From positions 1 through 64,000 of the forward strand of contig JAQGDQ010002375.1 in assembly GCA_030141605.1 (NCBI GenBank): a stretch of 64,000 bases of DNA, given 5' to 3'. The stretch's first letter is position 1. Each line of letters begins with the position of its first letter. Below, in pieces: positions 1 through 10,859 of this stretch. Below the pieces are notes generated by a model that worked only from the letters and a program-made list of their open reading frames with translations, was not told the DNA's origin and searched no databases. The position numbers and the translations under genes were made by a program. The stretch comes from Tubiluchus corallicola (lineage: Eukaryota; Animalia; Priapulida).

Positions 1-351
1 GCATCGCATAAAGCAAAAAAAGGTTACCTTAGCCCTGGTGGCAGCAAACACAGAAAAACAATTTTCGTACGGAGGAGTCATTCGTACTGGTGGGCCCGAT
101 TCGAAGATTAAAAAAATAAACCCCCAATGGCACGACACTAGATCAAGACCTTTTGTTTGATATATAGATTGCCGAAAATGTAGCCGTCATTGGAGCTGTA
201 GCCTCAAATCTTATATATATATATATATATATTAAGCCTATACCACGGAAATTAATTATACAGATTCGACGAAAAGGGCTTGATTTAGTTTTTGTAAATT
301 GAGAAGTAGCATATTTTAGAGCTTAACGTGTAATTAAAACAAAACGCTTAC

Positions 352-529
352 TGATTTTCGCCTCTATTTTGCTGCTGAAATTGTCTTTGTCAATTTTCAT
401 ATGGTCTGTGTCATCGTCGTCATCTGATTCTGTTTCTGAAAGTATGTATGGTCTGTTGTTGTTCTGTTGTGGATGATGTTGTTGCTGCTGATGTTGTCGC
501 TGTTGTTGTTTTTGTTGTTGTTCTTGTAA
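352..529 (-). CDS. Orphan Gln-rich/acidic exon of an unidentified gene or element
   Basis: Minus strand: tatttacag acceptor, open frame LQEQQQKQQQRQHQQQQHHPQQNNNRPYILSETESDDDDTDHMKIDKDNFSSKIEAKI, then gtaagc donor. No partner exons identified. Confidence 0.45.
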
Positions 530-565
530 CTGTAAATATCAGTCAGATTTAAAATGGATCAAATT

Positions 566-3500
566 CCAACAAAAACCGTTGACAAATGAGTTTTTAGAGT
601 AGCTGTCAAACTTACTGAATAAATTCAGTTCTATTTTAATTCGGAAACTTTTATTCTGTATAACCAGCATTAAAGTTCACATTTAGTAAGTTTTTAAAGA
701 ATAATATTTGAGACACGTTAATTATGCATTTCATATCCGTCAAATTTAAATAGAATCAAATTCTGACAAAAACCATAAATGATTTATGATTAAAGTAGTT
801 TGTCATATTCAATGAACAAATTCCATTCTATTTACATTTAGAATACTTTTTAAACATAATATTTGAGGTATAATAATAATATGTGATATAAATCCAACAT
901 ATCAACTGATAAAGGTGCACAGCATGCATGAGAGTTGAGGGATGAACAGAAAAAAAGAAAGATTTGGATGAGTGTTTCTAAGGAGGGTTACAAACAACAG
1001 ATTTTGTAAATTGCACGTTAAAAATGACAAACATGTAAAGACATGCAATGCTGGCATGCCCCAGCCTGTTGGAAAAACAAAGGCCTTACAACGAGAGGCC
1101 CCCAAATAGCTAAATTTGGGGTGCACCTGCAGCCCCTGATGGTGGAAAAAATGAAGACCTTACAACACGAGGCTCAGCTGAAGACTTTCGGCCTTTACTT
1201 TGAACCCGAACTGCTATGCATAAAAATTTTCGACTAATTATTTGATCATTTTACGCCCGTGTCCAAGTCTAGCCTGAATCTGGGCACTGCCCGGTGATAC
1301 ATTTACAAATTTGTGAGATTTTGTAGATAGCTACTGATGAAAAAGCATGCAGACCATAATATGCACATCAGCAAGAAAGCTTTACCATCAACCAATTGCA
1401 CGTTCTTTGCAAAAAAGAGCTGACGTACAGAGTTTCCTAAAAATAGTAAGTACTGAAGTATCCCAAGTGTCTGCCGTTACAGTACAGTATTTAATGAGGT
1501 TAGGGACGATTTGATGTGTCGTGTTGCTGTGTTAAAAATGCGAACCGCCATGAACTGTTCATGTATTTTATGTGCAAAGTCATTGAGATTCAAAAAAGTC
1601 AATCACTTTTGTTTGCACAAAATTTCTGTTTGTCTTTTATACTAAAAGTTTTTGCAAAGTTGTTGAACAATCTGTATTACGATTTAGTCCATAAAAACTA
1701 CCACAAAAAGAACTGTCATTAGTATCGCTTGAAGAATTTGGAATCTGTTCATTATGTACGGTCTTCTGAGTTCGACACTGCGTTGAAACATTTCGGTAGC
1801 AGTAACTAAATGATTCAGCAGGTTTTCTATCAGCGATTTTTATGTCATTTTACACTATTCGAATGTACGACATTACGTATGATCACTGATGTAGCAATTA
1901 TGCGCAAGTAGATGTTATGAGAAAATTCGTCAAACATTTTTGTGGCTGTTTCACTATATTGCACCTAAAGTCACTTTGCCAGTCATTTCCCCATTTATTT
2001 GTTATGTAATTTTCAAACATTTCTAATAAAAACCATACATTCATTTATTTTATATGAAACACCTTTATCTTAAAACGTTAAAACGTAAAGTTACACAAAG
2101 TTAAGGAATGACATCATAACGTCATTACTAGAGTTTGATTCATTTCAACCAAAGTTTTCTTAACAGAGTTTCAAAATTATTGTGAGTTCTGAGCGATGCC
2201 GTTGAAGCCTGAAATAATGTTAGGAACTTGCTTTAATGAAAGTAGTTGAGGTGCAACTAAGAATCTCATTAATTGAGTTTTATTTACTTGAAGTGGTTTT
2301 AACAGTTAAGGTATTTAACAGAGACTCAACAAAATTATATTATTATAAATATAAAATTGAATAAAAAGAAATATTTACTAATAGAATCATCACGAAATTC
2401 ATTCAGATGTTCATAGACATACTGCTTTAAGCATTGGCGATCTTCCCTACTACTTTTTCTTTGAAATGAATGTTATCGCAACAGTTGTTGTGATGCAAGA
2501 AAATCACTGTTACGATGTAAAATCCTCGAGAATTTTTGTGCAGCTATGGCTTTGTGAGAGTGATCCTGACTTGGGTTAGTATTGCTCATCAGTTTGTGGT
2601 GTAATCATCATTTCAATGATTAATCTGTCATGTTCAAAAGCAGTCGTCTGCAGTAAAGAAAAAATTGGTTATTTGAACTTTCTGCATTAATTTTATTGTT
2701 GGCTTCTTCAACTCATAAGTCAACTTTATCATGTTATAATAGCAGAACCGCTATTATCATGTTTACTACAGGCATAATTCATTTTCCAGTTCAGCTCATG
2801 ATTAATTTGTTTGTCTCCTCTATTGGACACATGCTCCATGCTTGCTGCCTCTAAATAGCATGAGCCTAACGCAGTGCAACTCAATTTTGTGCCCCTGATA
2901 TGGGATATGATCTCATATTAGAATTGTAAGGTTGAATGTAATTATTTCCCCAAAACTTTTCACTTGATAGCATTCCAATACTGACTTGATAATAGTCACT
3001 ATTGGGATTAGTAGTGCTGATTTTTTTGCTTGGTAATGTATGCTTGCACACAGAGCTCTTATGAACCGCATGGACAACCCTGGTTTGAGCAGACATCAAC
3101 CTCAACTTAGAAAATGGTGACCAGTTTCTTCGCTTAACAATAACAATTTAGTATGTTGATGAATAGATCAGGTCAGAGCAGAGTGTATCTCACATAATTT
3201 TTCACATGAATCACACATTCACCTCGTCTGCTAATTTTTATTTCGTGGTCCTTTAACGCGTGGTCCTTTGTCTTTTCAGATGTTTGACCAGTGGTCCTTT
3301 ATCTGGTGGCCCTTTCTTTCTGATGATCCTTTTACCAGTGGTCCTTTGACCTGTGGATATTTGACTGGTGATCCCTTGACCTACACCGAATTCTGATAAA
3401 TAATGTACATTATCAGGTTTTTACAAATTTGCAGTGCACATGGTAATAATTAAAAAAAGCTTACGTTTATTTGTTCATCTCGTGTGATTCTTATAATAAT

Positions 3501-4066
3501 TCCCCAAGAAAAAATAAATTTCACACAAAGCTTCACACGATCTCTTAGCAAACATTTTTTGAGTAGCAGTCACATGAACGCAAAAAGTTGAGTGTTTCAA
3601 TAGCAGTTTGGTAATGATGGTTGAAATGAGGGACATGTCAATAAGTGTCCGTATTTGCAACTAAATATTCTTTTCTTTGTATATCGGATTATCTAATCGA
3701 TAGCTAGGACATACAGCAAGAAGTACACAATATCTATCAAGTCAAGATAAGGTAACATTTAAAGAAAAGAGGTCCGAATATATAAAATTAATTGCTGGGA
3801 ACAGTGATGGTAATGATTTTTTGTCACAATTTTGTTTTCAAAATTACATTCATTCCGCAGGTTATGTACATTATACCAAATTTTTAGCACAATGACGTAC
3901 TTATTTTGACAATTTTAGAAATACTATTACAGAAGTAACAAATTTACGGGAGAAAAAACATGAGGACACAAAACGGCCTATTTTCAGAAAATCACCCATA
4001 ATTGTTCAAATAAACATGCTTTAGTAATTATGCAAAGCTTTCATAATTTAATTAAGCATATAAATG
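566..4066. repeat. ~3.5-kb tandem segmental duplication unit, copy 1
   Basis: Colinear, highly similar sequence from ccaacaaaaaccgttgacaaat (566 and 4325) to attaagcatataaatg (4066 and 9496). ORF remnants 2881..3105 and 8367..8564 share STTNPNSDYxQVSIGMLSSEKFWGNNYIQPYNSNMRS. Confidence 0.9.
3245..3388. repeat. Short GTGGTCCTTTGAC-type repeat array (end of a non-autonomous element); related copies at 8731-8863 and ~52560-52700
   Basis: Several ~16-bp variants of tggtcctttgac ending in gacctacaccg; similar motif at 52610-52700. Confidence 0.5.
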
Positions 4067-4825
4067 GTTCGCCTAAACCATGTTCTAACCATAGTATGGT
4101 AACAGAGGCAAAATATGGTATTACCACGGTAATAACATCAGATAATAATAAATTCATGGTAATATCATAGCAACTATAATATTATTATGGTCATTTTCTA
4201 GCAGGGAATTCATGATCATTTTGCTCGTATTCTCTTTTGCACACATGTTCAGTGCTTCCTCCAAAAAGTATTAGCCTAAGATAGTGCGACCAAAACTGAT
4301 CTGTTATTGTACTCATATGTTGTACCAACAAAAACCGTTGACAAATTAGTCATTAGAGTAGTTGTCAAACTTACTGAATAAATTCAGTTCTATTTGCATT
4401 ATGCATTGAACAAATTCAGTTCTATTTACATTCAGAATACTTTTTAAACATAATATTTGTGGTATAGTAATAATATGTGATATTAATCCAACATATCAAC
4501 TGATAAAGGTGCATGGCATGCATGAGAGTTGAGGGATGAAGAGAAAAAGAGAAAGATTTGGATGAGTGCTTCTAAGGAGGGTTACAAGCAATGCAGATTC
4601 TGTAAAATGCACGTTAAAAAGTGACAAATATGTAAAGACATGCAATGCTGGCATGCCACCATTGCCTGCAGGTGCACCCCTGCCTACACAAATAGTTAAT
4701 TTTGGGGTCCACCTGCATTCCCCAGCCGTTGGAAAAAACGAAGGCCTTACAACACGAGCCCCCCAAATAGCTAGATTTGGGGTGCACCTGCAGCCCCCTG
4801 ATGGTGGAAAAAATGAAGACCTTAC

Positions 4826-5174
4826 TGTCGTTGTGAACGACCGAAGATTTTGTCTGTAGTGCTTAGGCTCGGATATGGAGTTCGTCAAGCCGCGATAATC
4901 TTATTCAATCATTTAATCTGTACTATTGTTACTTAAGTGTAGACTTTACCTCAACTGGTCTTCGTTGCTGTAAAGTATGCATTGCCACTAATAGATGGCA
5001 GCACTATTGAATTGTTGTCTGATTTGTATTAGTGTGTGTGATACAGTGTAGTGTGTGTGAAGCAGGACTGCATGGCTGCAGTAATGTGAAAGCTGTAGCT
5101 GTATGTCATAATTCACTGTTATAAATAAAAGTTTGATGAAGATTTTAACTGTTATACCTTTTGTCAACACGACA
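4826..5174 (+). mobile_element. 5' LTR (349 bp) of an LTR retrotransposon
   Basis: Starts TGTCGT and ends ACGACA (TG...CA, terminal inverted repeat), with an internal AATAAA. It interrupts the duplicated unit exactly at cttac^aac (compare 5950-5960) and is followed by a PBS. Confidence 0.8.
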
Positions 5175-5179
5175 AAAAT

Positions 5180-5190
5180 TGGTAGCAGAG
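5180..5190 (+). promoter_or_regulatory. Primer-binding site complementary to the initiator tRNA-Met 3' end
   Basis: TGGTAGCAGAG 5 nt after the LTR end; complement of the animal tRNA-iMet 3' end (CTCTGCTACCA). Confidence 0.8.
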
Positions 5191-5323
5191 AGTAGTTTTT
5201 TGCTAATCAGTGGGCGACGATACTTGTATGCAGTCTACGTTTACCAAGAAAGAGCGATCGTCTACTCGCTAGGACGTCTGCCTACCGGTAAATAATTTTC
5301 GAACATTTTCGTAATGACTAATT

Positions 5324-5689
5324 ATGGCTAAAGATAACAAATGCATAAATTGTCGTCAACGTGTTGCAAGTGGGTTGATTTGTGACAGCTGTGAACGTTG
5401 GTGGTGCATAAACTGTTTAAACCTAAAGCAAGATCATGTACTAACAGAGAAACTTTATGAGGCATTAAGTCAGCTGGGCGAATTTCAATGGGCATGCGAG
5501 AAATGTTGCGACAATAATTTACTAATTCAGCTGGTGAAATCGGGAACGTTTACTACAAAGCAGTTGTCCGAATTCGGTTGCAATGGTGACGTCGTCAATA
5601 AAATTCAAGCTACGAAACCAGCTGATAAGGTCGAAGTAATGTCTGCCGAAAATCAAGAGATGAAGAGAAAAAGAGAAAGATTTGGATGA
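5324..5689 (+). CDS. Truncated gag N-terminus with PHD-type zinc finger (BEL/Pao- or Gypsy-like), fused at ~5657 to host repeat sequence
   Basis: CINC...CDSCERWWCINC...WACEKC PHD-like spacing directly downstream of the LTR and PBS. The last ~10 codons (MKRKRERFG) derive from the duplicated unit. Confidence 0.65.
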   Translation: MAKDNKCINCRQRVASGLICDSCERWWCINCLNLKQDHVLTEKLYEALSQLGEFQWACEKCCDNNLLIQLVKSGTFTTKQLSEFGCNGDVVNKIQATKPADKVEVMSAENQEMKRKRERFG

Positions 5690-6162
5690 GTGCTTCTAAG
5701 GAGGGTTACAAGCAATGCAGATTTTGTAAAATGCACGTTAAAAAGTGACAAACATGTAAAGACATGCAATGCTGGCATGCCACCAGCTGGGTGCCTGCAG
5801 GTGCATTCCTGCCTACACAAATAGTTAATTTTGGGGTCCACCTGCATTCCCCAGCTGTTGGAAAAAATGAAGGCCTTACAACACGAGCCCCCCAAATAGC
5901 TAAATTTGGGGTGCACCTGCAGCCCCCTGATGGTGGAAAAAATGAAGACCTTACAACCCGAGGCTCAGCTGAAGACTTTCGGCCTTAACTTTGAGCCCGA
6001 ACTGTTAAGCATAAAAATTTTCGACTAATTATTTGATCATTTTACGCCCGTGCCGGGGTCCAGCCCGAGTCTGGGCACTGCCTGGTGATTTTGTAGATAG
6101 CTACTGATGAAAAAGCATGCAGACCATAGCATGCACATCAGCAAGAAAGCTTTACCATCAAC

Positions 6163-6762
6163 AATCGCTGCTGGCATCAGAATTGCACAGTTTAGGGAAT
6201 ACCGAACGATTGGTTTCCTCATATTTATCGTGGTACCAGTAAATTGGCAGCGTTCGGTCTTGGTTCCATGTCGTATCAGGATCTCCACCATGGATGTTAC
6301 GGGTAAAGAGACGGACATTACTAACCTTCCATGATATACGGTCAAATCTTTTCTGCTGATACATATCCCATTTATCCCAGTTAACAGGGTCTTCATACTG
6401 GGCAGGTAAAAAAGGTCCTTCGCCAAATTGGATATTAGAGGGATTAAAGTCCGTACCATTATACCGTACAATCGCTTCGACAGATACCTTTTTGTTAAAG
6501 CGTATCTTACTATGGTCCTGATTTCTCTTAGATCTCCGCCATCCTCTTCTCCGAAGAAACGCATTATGCGACTTCTGGCGACCCGACTGGGCACTCCACT
6601 CTCTTTTTCGCCCCATTCTACGATAAGCCGCACGGTGTCTCCAGTACGCACGGGAAACTGCTGTTTTAGCCGGACCATAACCTATTCTTCTAAGTCCGTG
6701 TGAAATAATCTTTTACGCAATGAAAAACGTCTACCAAAACGACGATACCGACGGTAAGCCAT
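6163..6762 (-). pseudogene. CRESS-virus-like capsid protein, 3'-truncated, with one 2-nt frameshift
   Basis: ATG at 6762 gives MAYRRYRRFGRRFSLRKRLFH, then a shift at CACAC (~6700) gives GLRRIGYGPAKTAVSRAYWRHRAAYRRMGRKREW...RRRGWRRSKRNQDHSKIRFNKKVSVE...WDKWDMYQQKRFDRISWKVSN... This is a basic arm followed by jelly-roll-like strands. The ORF ends at the insertion junction. Confidence 0.7.
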
Positions 6763-6892
6763 ACGAACGGTATAAAGACAGGTCTATACTCTCTCATAAC
6801 GAACAAAGAAGTGACGGTTAAACAGTTAGTCCAAAGTACAACGCATGACTAGTGGCGTGACTTGTGTAAACATTCGCGCTAAACGTCAATCA
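6163..6892 (-). mobile_element. Endogenous viral element: fragment of a circular ssDNA (CRESS/circovirus-like) virus genome
   Basis: 730-bp block absent from paralogous copy 1, which has an unrelated 28 bp at 1393-1420. It is more GC/CpG-rich than its flanks and encodes an Arg-rich capsid-like ORF. Confidence 0.75.
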
Positions 6893-9539
6893 TGACGTAC
6901 AAAGTTTCCTAAAAATAGTAAGTACTGAAGTGTCCCAAGTGTCTGCCGTTACAGTACAGTATTTAATGAGGTTAGGGACGACTTGATGTGCCGCGTTGCT
7001 GTGTTAAAAATGCGACCCGCCATGTAACTGTTCATGTATTTTATGTGCAAAGTCGTTGAGATTCAAAAAAGTCAATCACTTTTGTTTGCACAAAATTTCT
7101 GTTTGTCTTTTATGCTAAAAGTTTTTGCAAAGTCGTTGAACAATCTATATTACTATTTAGTCCATAAAAACTACCACAAAAAGAACTGTCATTAGTATTG
7201 CTTGAAGAATTTGGAATCTGTTCATTATGTACGGTCTTCTGAGTTCGACACTGCATTGAAACATTTCGGTAGCAGTAACTAAATGATTCAGCAGGTTTTC
7301 TATCAGCGACTTTTGTGTCATTTTACACTATTCGAATGTACGACATTACGTATGATCACTGATGTAGCAATTATGTGCAAGTAGATGTTATGAGAAAATT
7401 TGTCATGCACAAAAGAAACATTTTTGTGGCTGTTTCACTATATTGCATTTAAAGTCACTTTGCCAGTCATTTCCCTATTTATTTGTGATGTAATTTTCAA
7501 ACATTTCTAATAAAAACCATACATTCATTTATTTTATATGAAACACCTATATCTTAAATCGTAAAACGTTAAAACGTAAAGTTGCACAAAGTTAAGGAAT
7601 GACATCATAACGTCATTACTAGAGTTTGATTCATTTCAACCAAAGTTTTCTTAACAGAGTTTCAAAATGATTGTGAGTTCTGAGCGATTCCGTTGAAGCC
7701 TGAAATAATGTTAGGAACTTGCTTTAATGAAAGTAGTTGAGGCGCAAAAGAATCTCATTAATTGAGTTTTATTTACTTGAAGTGGTTTTAACAATTAAGG
7801 TATTTAACAGAGATTCAACAAAACTATATTATAAATATAAAATTGAATAAAAAGAAATATTCACTAATAGAATAATCACGAAATTCATTCAGGTGTTCAT
7901 AGACATACTGCTTTAAGCATTGGCGATCTTCTCTGCTACTTTTTCTTTGAAATGAATGTTATCACAACAGTTGTTGTGATGCTAGAAAATCACTGTTACG
8001 ATGTAAAATCCTCGAGAATTTTTGTGCAGCTATGGCTTTGTGAGAGTGATCCTGACTTGGGTTAGTATTGCTCATCAGTTTGTGGTGTAATCATCATTTC
8101 AATGATTAATCTGTCATGTTCAAAAGCAGTCGTCTGCAGTAAAGAAAAAATTGGTTATTTGAACTTTCTGCATTAATTTTATTGTTGGCTTCTTCAACTC
8201 ACAAGTCAACTTTATCATGTTATAATAGCAGAACCGCTATTATCATGTTTACTACAGGCATAATTCATTTTCCAGTTCAGCTCATGATTAATTTGTTCGT
8301 CTCCTCTATTGGACACATGTTCCGTGCTTGCTGCCTCTAAATAGCATGAGCCTAACGCAGTGCAACTCAAATTTGTGCCCCTGATATGGGAATTGATCTC
8401 ATATTAGAATTGTAAGGTTGAATGTAATTATTTCCCCAAAACTTTTCACTTGATAACATTCCAATACTGACTTGACAATAGTCACTATTGGGATTGGTAG
8501 TGCTGGTTCTTCTTGCTTGGTAATGTATGCTTGCACACAGAGCTCTTGTGAACCGCATGGACAACCCTGGCTTGAGCAGACATCAACCTCAACTTAGAAA
8601 ATGGTGACCAGTTTCTTGGCTTAACAATAACAATTTAGTATGTTGATGAACAGATCAGGTCAGAGCACAGTGTATATCACATAATTTTTCACATGAATCA
8701 CACATTCACCTCGTCTGCTAATTTTTATTTTGTGGTCCTTTGTCTTTTCAGATGAATGTTTGACCAGTTGTCCTTCATCTGGTGGCTCTTTGACTGGTGG
8801 CCCTTTCTTTGTGATGTTCCATTTACCTGTGGATATTTGACTGGTGGTCCTTTGACCTACACCGAATTCTGATAAATAATATACATTATCAGGTTTTTAC
8901 GCATTTGCAGTGCACATGGTAATAATTAAAAAAAAGATTACGTTTATTTGTTCATCTGGTGTGATTCTTATAATAATTCCCCAAGAAAAAATAAATTTCA
9001 CAGAAAGCTTCACACGATCGCTTAGCAAACATTTTTAGAGTAATGAAGGTTGAAATGAGGGACATGTCAATAAGTGTCCGTATTTGCAACTAAATGTGCT
9101 TTTCTTTGTATATCGGATTATCTAATCGATAACTAGGACATACAGCAAGAAGTACACAATATCTATCAAGTCAAGATAAGGTAACATTTAAAGAAAAGAG
9201 GTCCGGATATATAAAAATTCATTGCTGGGAACAGTGATGGTAATGATTTTTTGTCACAATTTTGTTTTCAAAATGACATTCATTCCACAGGTTATGTACA
9301 TTATACCTAATTTTTAGCACAATCACATACTTATTTTGACAATTTTAGAAATACTATTACAGAAGTAACAAATCTACGGGAGAAAAAACATGAGGACACA
9401 AAACGGCCTATTTTCGGAGAATCACCCATAATTGTTCAAATAAACATGCTTTAGTAATTATGCAAAGCTTTTATAATTTAATTAAGCATATAAATGTTGG
9501 AAACAAAATTAAACGAAATTTTACAATATGGGAAAGAAA

Positions 9540-9900
9540 CTAGAACAGTTCTACTGAAATCTCTGTTCAGCTAGGTGACCTCGTGCTTCACGATCATCCC
9601 TGTACTGCTGTAATTGTTAAATATCATCTTGTTCGTACTCTTCCTCTCCAATTTCTAGTTGTCGCAGTGCTAGATTAACTTTGCAAGGCAAGGGAATGCT
9701 GTTTATGCTCGCGATATTGTGCAGTACAGCTGATGCAATTATTATTCTGCATACTTTAACTGGTGAGTATAGCAGCATCGCTCCTGGCCGATCCAAGCAT
9801 CTGAATCTCGCTTTCCTTACTCCAAACTATCGAGACCTTGTTTAGCAAACTGCATGTTTATTAAACATCAAGCACAAACACGGTATACATAAGAGGATAG
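9540..9900 (-). mobile_element. Decayed PIF/Harbinger (HARBI1-like) transposase C-terminal fragment
   Basis: Minus-strand translation from ~9826: FGVRKARFRCLDRPGAMLLYSPVKVCRIIIASAVLHNIA, matching the Harbinger FGxxKxRFRCL...LxYSP...II.A..VLHNI motif. Confidence 0.75.
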
Positions 9901-10440
9901 CAATGCCAGCCATCCGTCTTCAAGACAGCTCCAAATCTGCCCGAGATGGAGGCCTCAAATTCCTTTTGCCTAACTACCTAATGCGCCCAGAGCTTCTGCG
10001 CATAAAGATTACATAATCAATCTTTACTTCTGACTAAGCCTGTCGAATATCAACTGATCATCACGTGATATGCCACACCTAACTGGGCTTCTAGCCAAGA
10101 CGATAATTTGATCTTAAATCATTATTTTAAACGGCTTTCTTTTACTCCTTTCTTTCTAATAAAGAAAGCTCCCTACGTTAGGGCTGGTCCTACCTAAATC
10201 AGAGCATTCGTTAGTACATGTATATTGTACAGATAAATATTTGGCTATACATACACGTTGTACTTACTATACAGGATTAAATACATAAGGTTAAATATTT
10301 AACTGCACAACGTCGTAAGTCATAGCAACTCAAAATTACTCCATATATAGATAAGCTCCCGTACAGGTGGCGTTGCCGTCCTATGCTAACTGGCTCGAGA
10401 AAGCTACTGATCAATCTCTGTGAAGCCTGGCGTTACTCAT

Positions 10441-10800
10441 GATCATTTCTGTTAAACTTCGGAGCAGTATAAGCCTGAGGTACTTCGATTTGTATTTGTC
10501 TTGGCAACATTTTCGTTTGATTCTTCGAAAGATAGGCCTGTTAAATACTAAAAAAAGAATTTAAATCGACATAATTTACTGATCATTTCTGCTAAACTTC
10601 GGAGAGGTAAAAGCTTCTGGTAGTTCGATTTGTATTTGTCTTGGCAACATTTTTGTTTAATTCTTCGAAAGATAGGCCTGTTAAATACTAAGGAAGAATT
10701 TAAATTGACATAATTTTTGGCTAAACTTCGGAGCGGTAAAAGCAATTGGTATTTGATTTGTATGTGTCTCGGTAACATTTTTGTTTAATTCTTTGAAAGG
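10441..10800. repeat. 140-bp tandem repeat, ~2.6 copies
   Basis: gatcatttct...aaacttcggag...tttgtatttgtcttggcaacatttt recurs at 10441, 10581 and (partially) ~10720. Confidence 0.85.
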
Positions 10801-10859
10801 TAAAATGCTGTCCTGCTTGCTTTCATCAAAACTAATAGAGTCACGTAGTGTGAACGTCA

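Larger units (their letters stand above)
4325..9496. repeat. Tandem duplication unit, copy 2 (composite: 4325-4825 plus 5658-9496), interrupted by an LTR-element fragment and a viral insertion
   Basis: Colinear with 566-4066. Segment 4535-4825 recurs with substitutions at 5658-5954, so parts of the unit are present three times. Confidence 0.88.

Noticed and set aside
4496-4888. Overlapping small ORFs with 25-aa repeats (also 4566..4859, 5653..5916, 5764..5988) as real genes
   Set aside because: They arise from the 75-bp internal repeat of the duplicated unit; frames differ between copies and there is no splice or homology support.
6763-6990. CRESS replication origin or Rep gene next to the capsid
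   Set aside because: No NANTATTAC nonamer in a stem-loop within the insert. The cagtattt at ~6957 is host sequence also present in copy 1, and no Rep motifs were found in the window.
10441-10800. CRISPR-like array (also the 40350-40682 minisatellite)
   Set aside because: Plain tandem repeats with no unique spacers, eukaryotic context and no cas genes.
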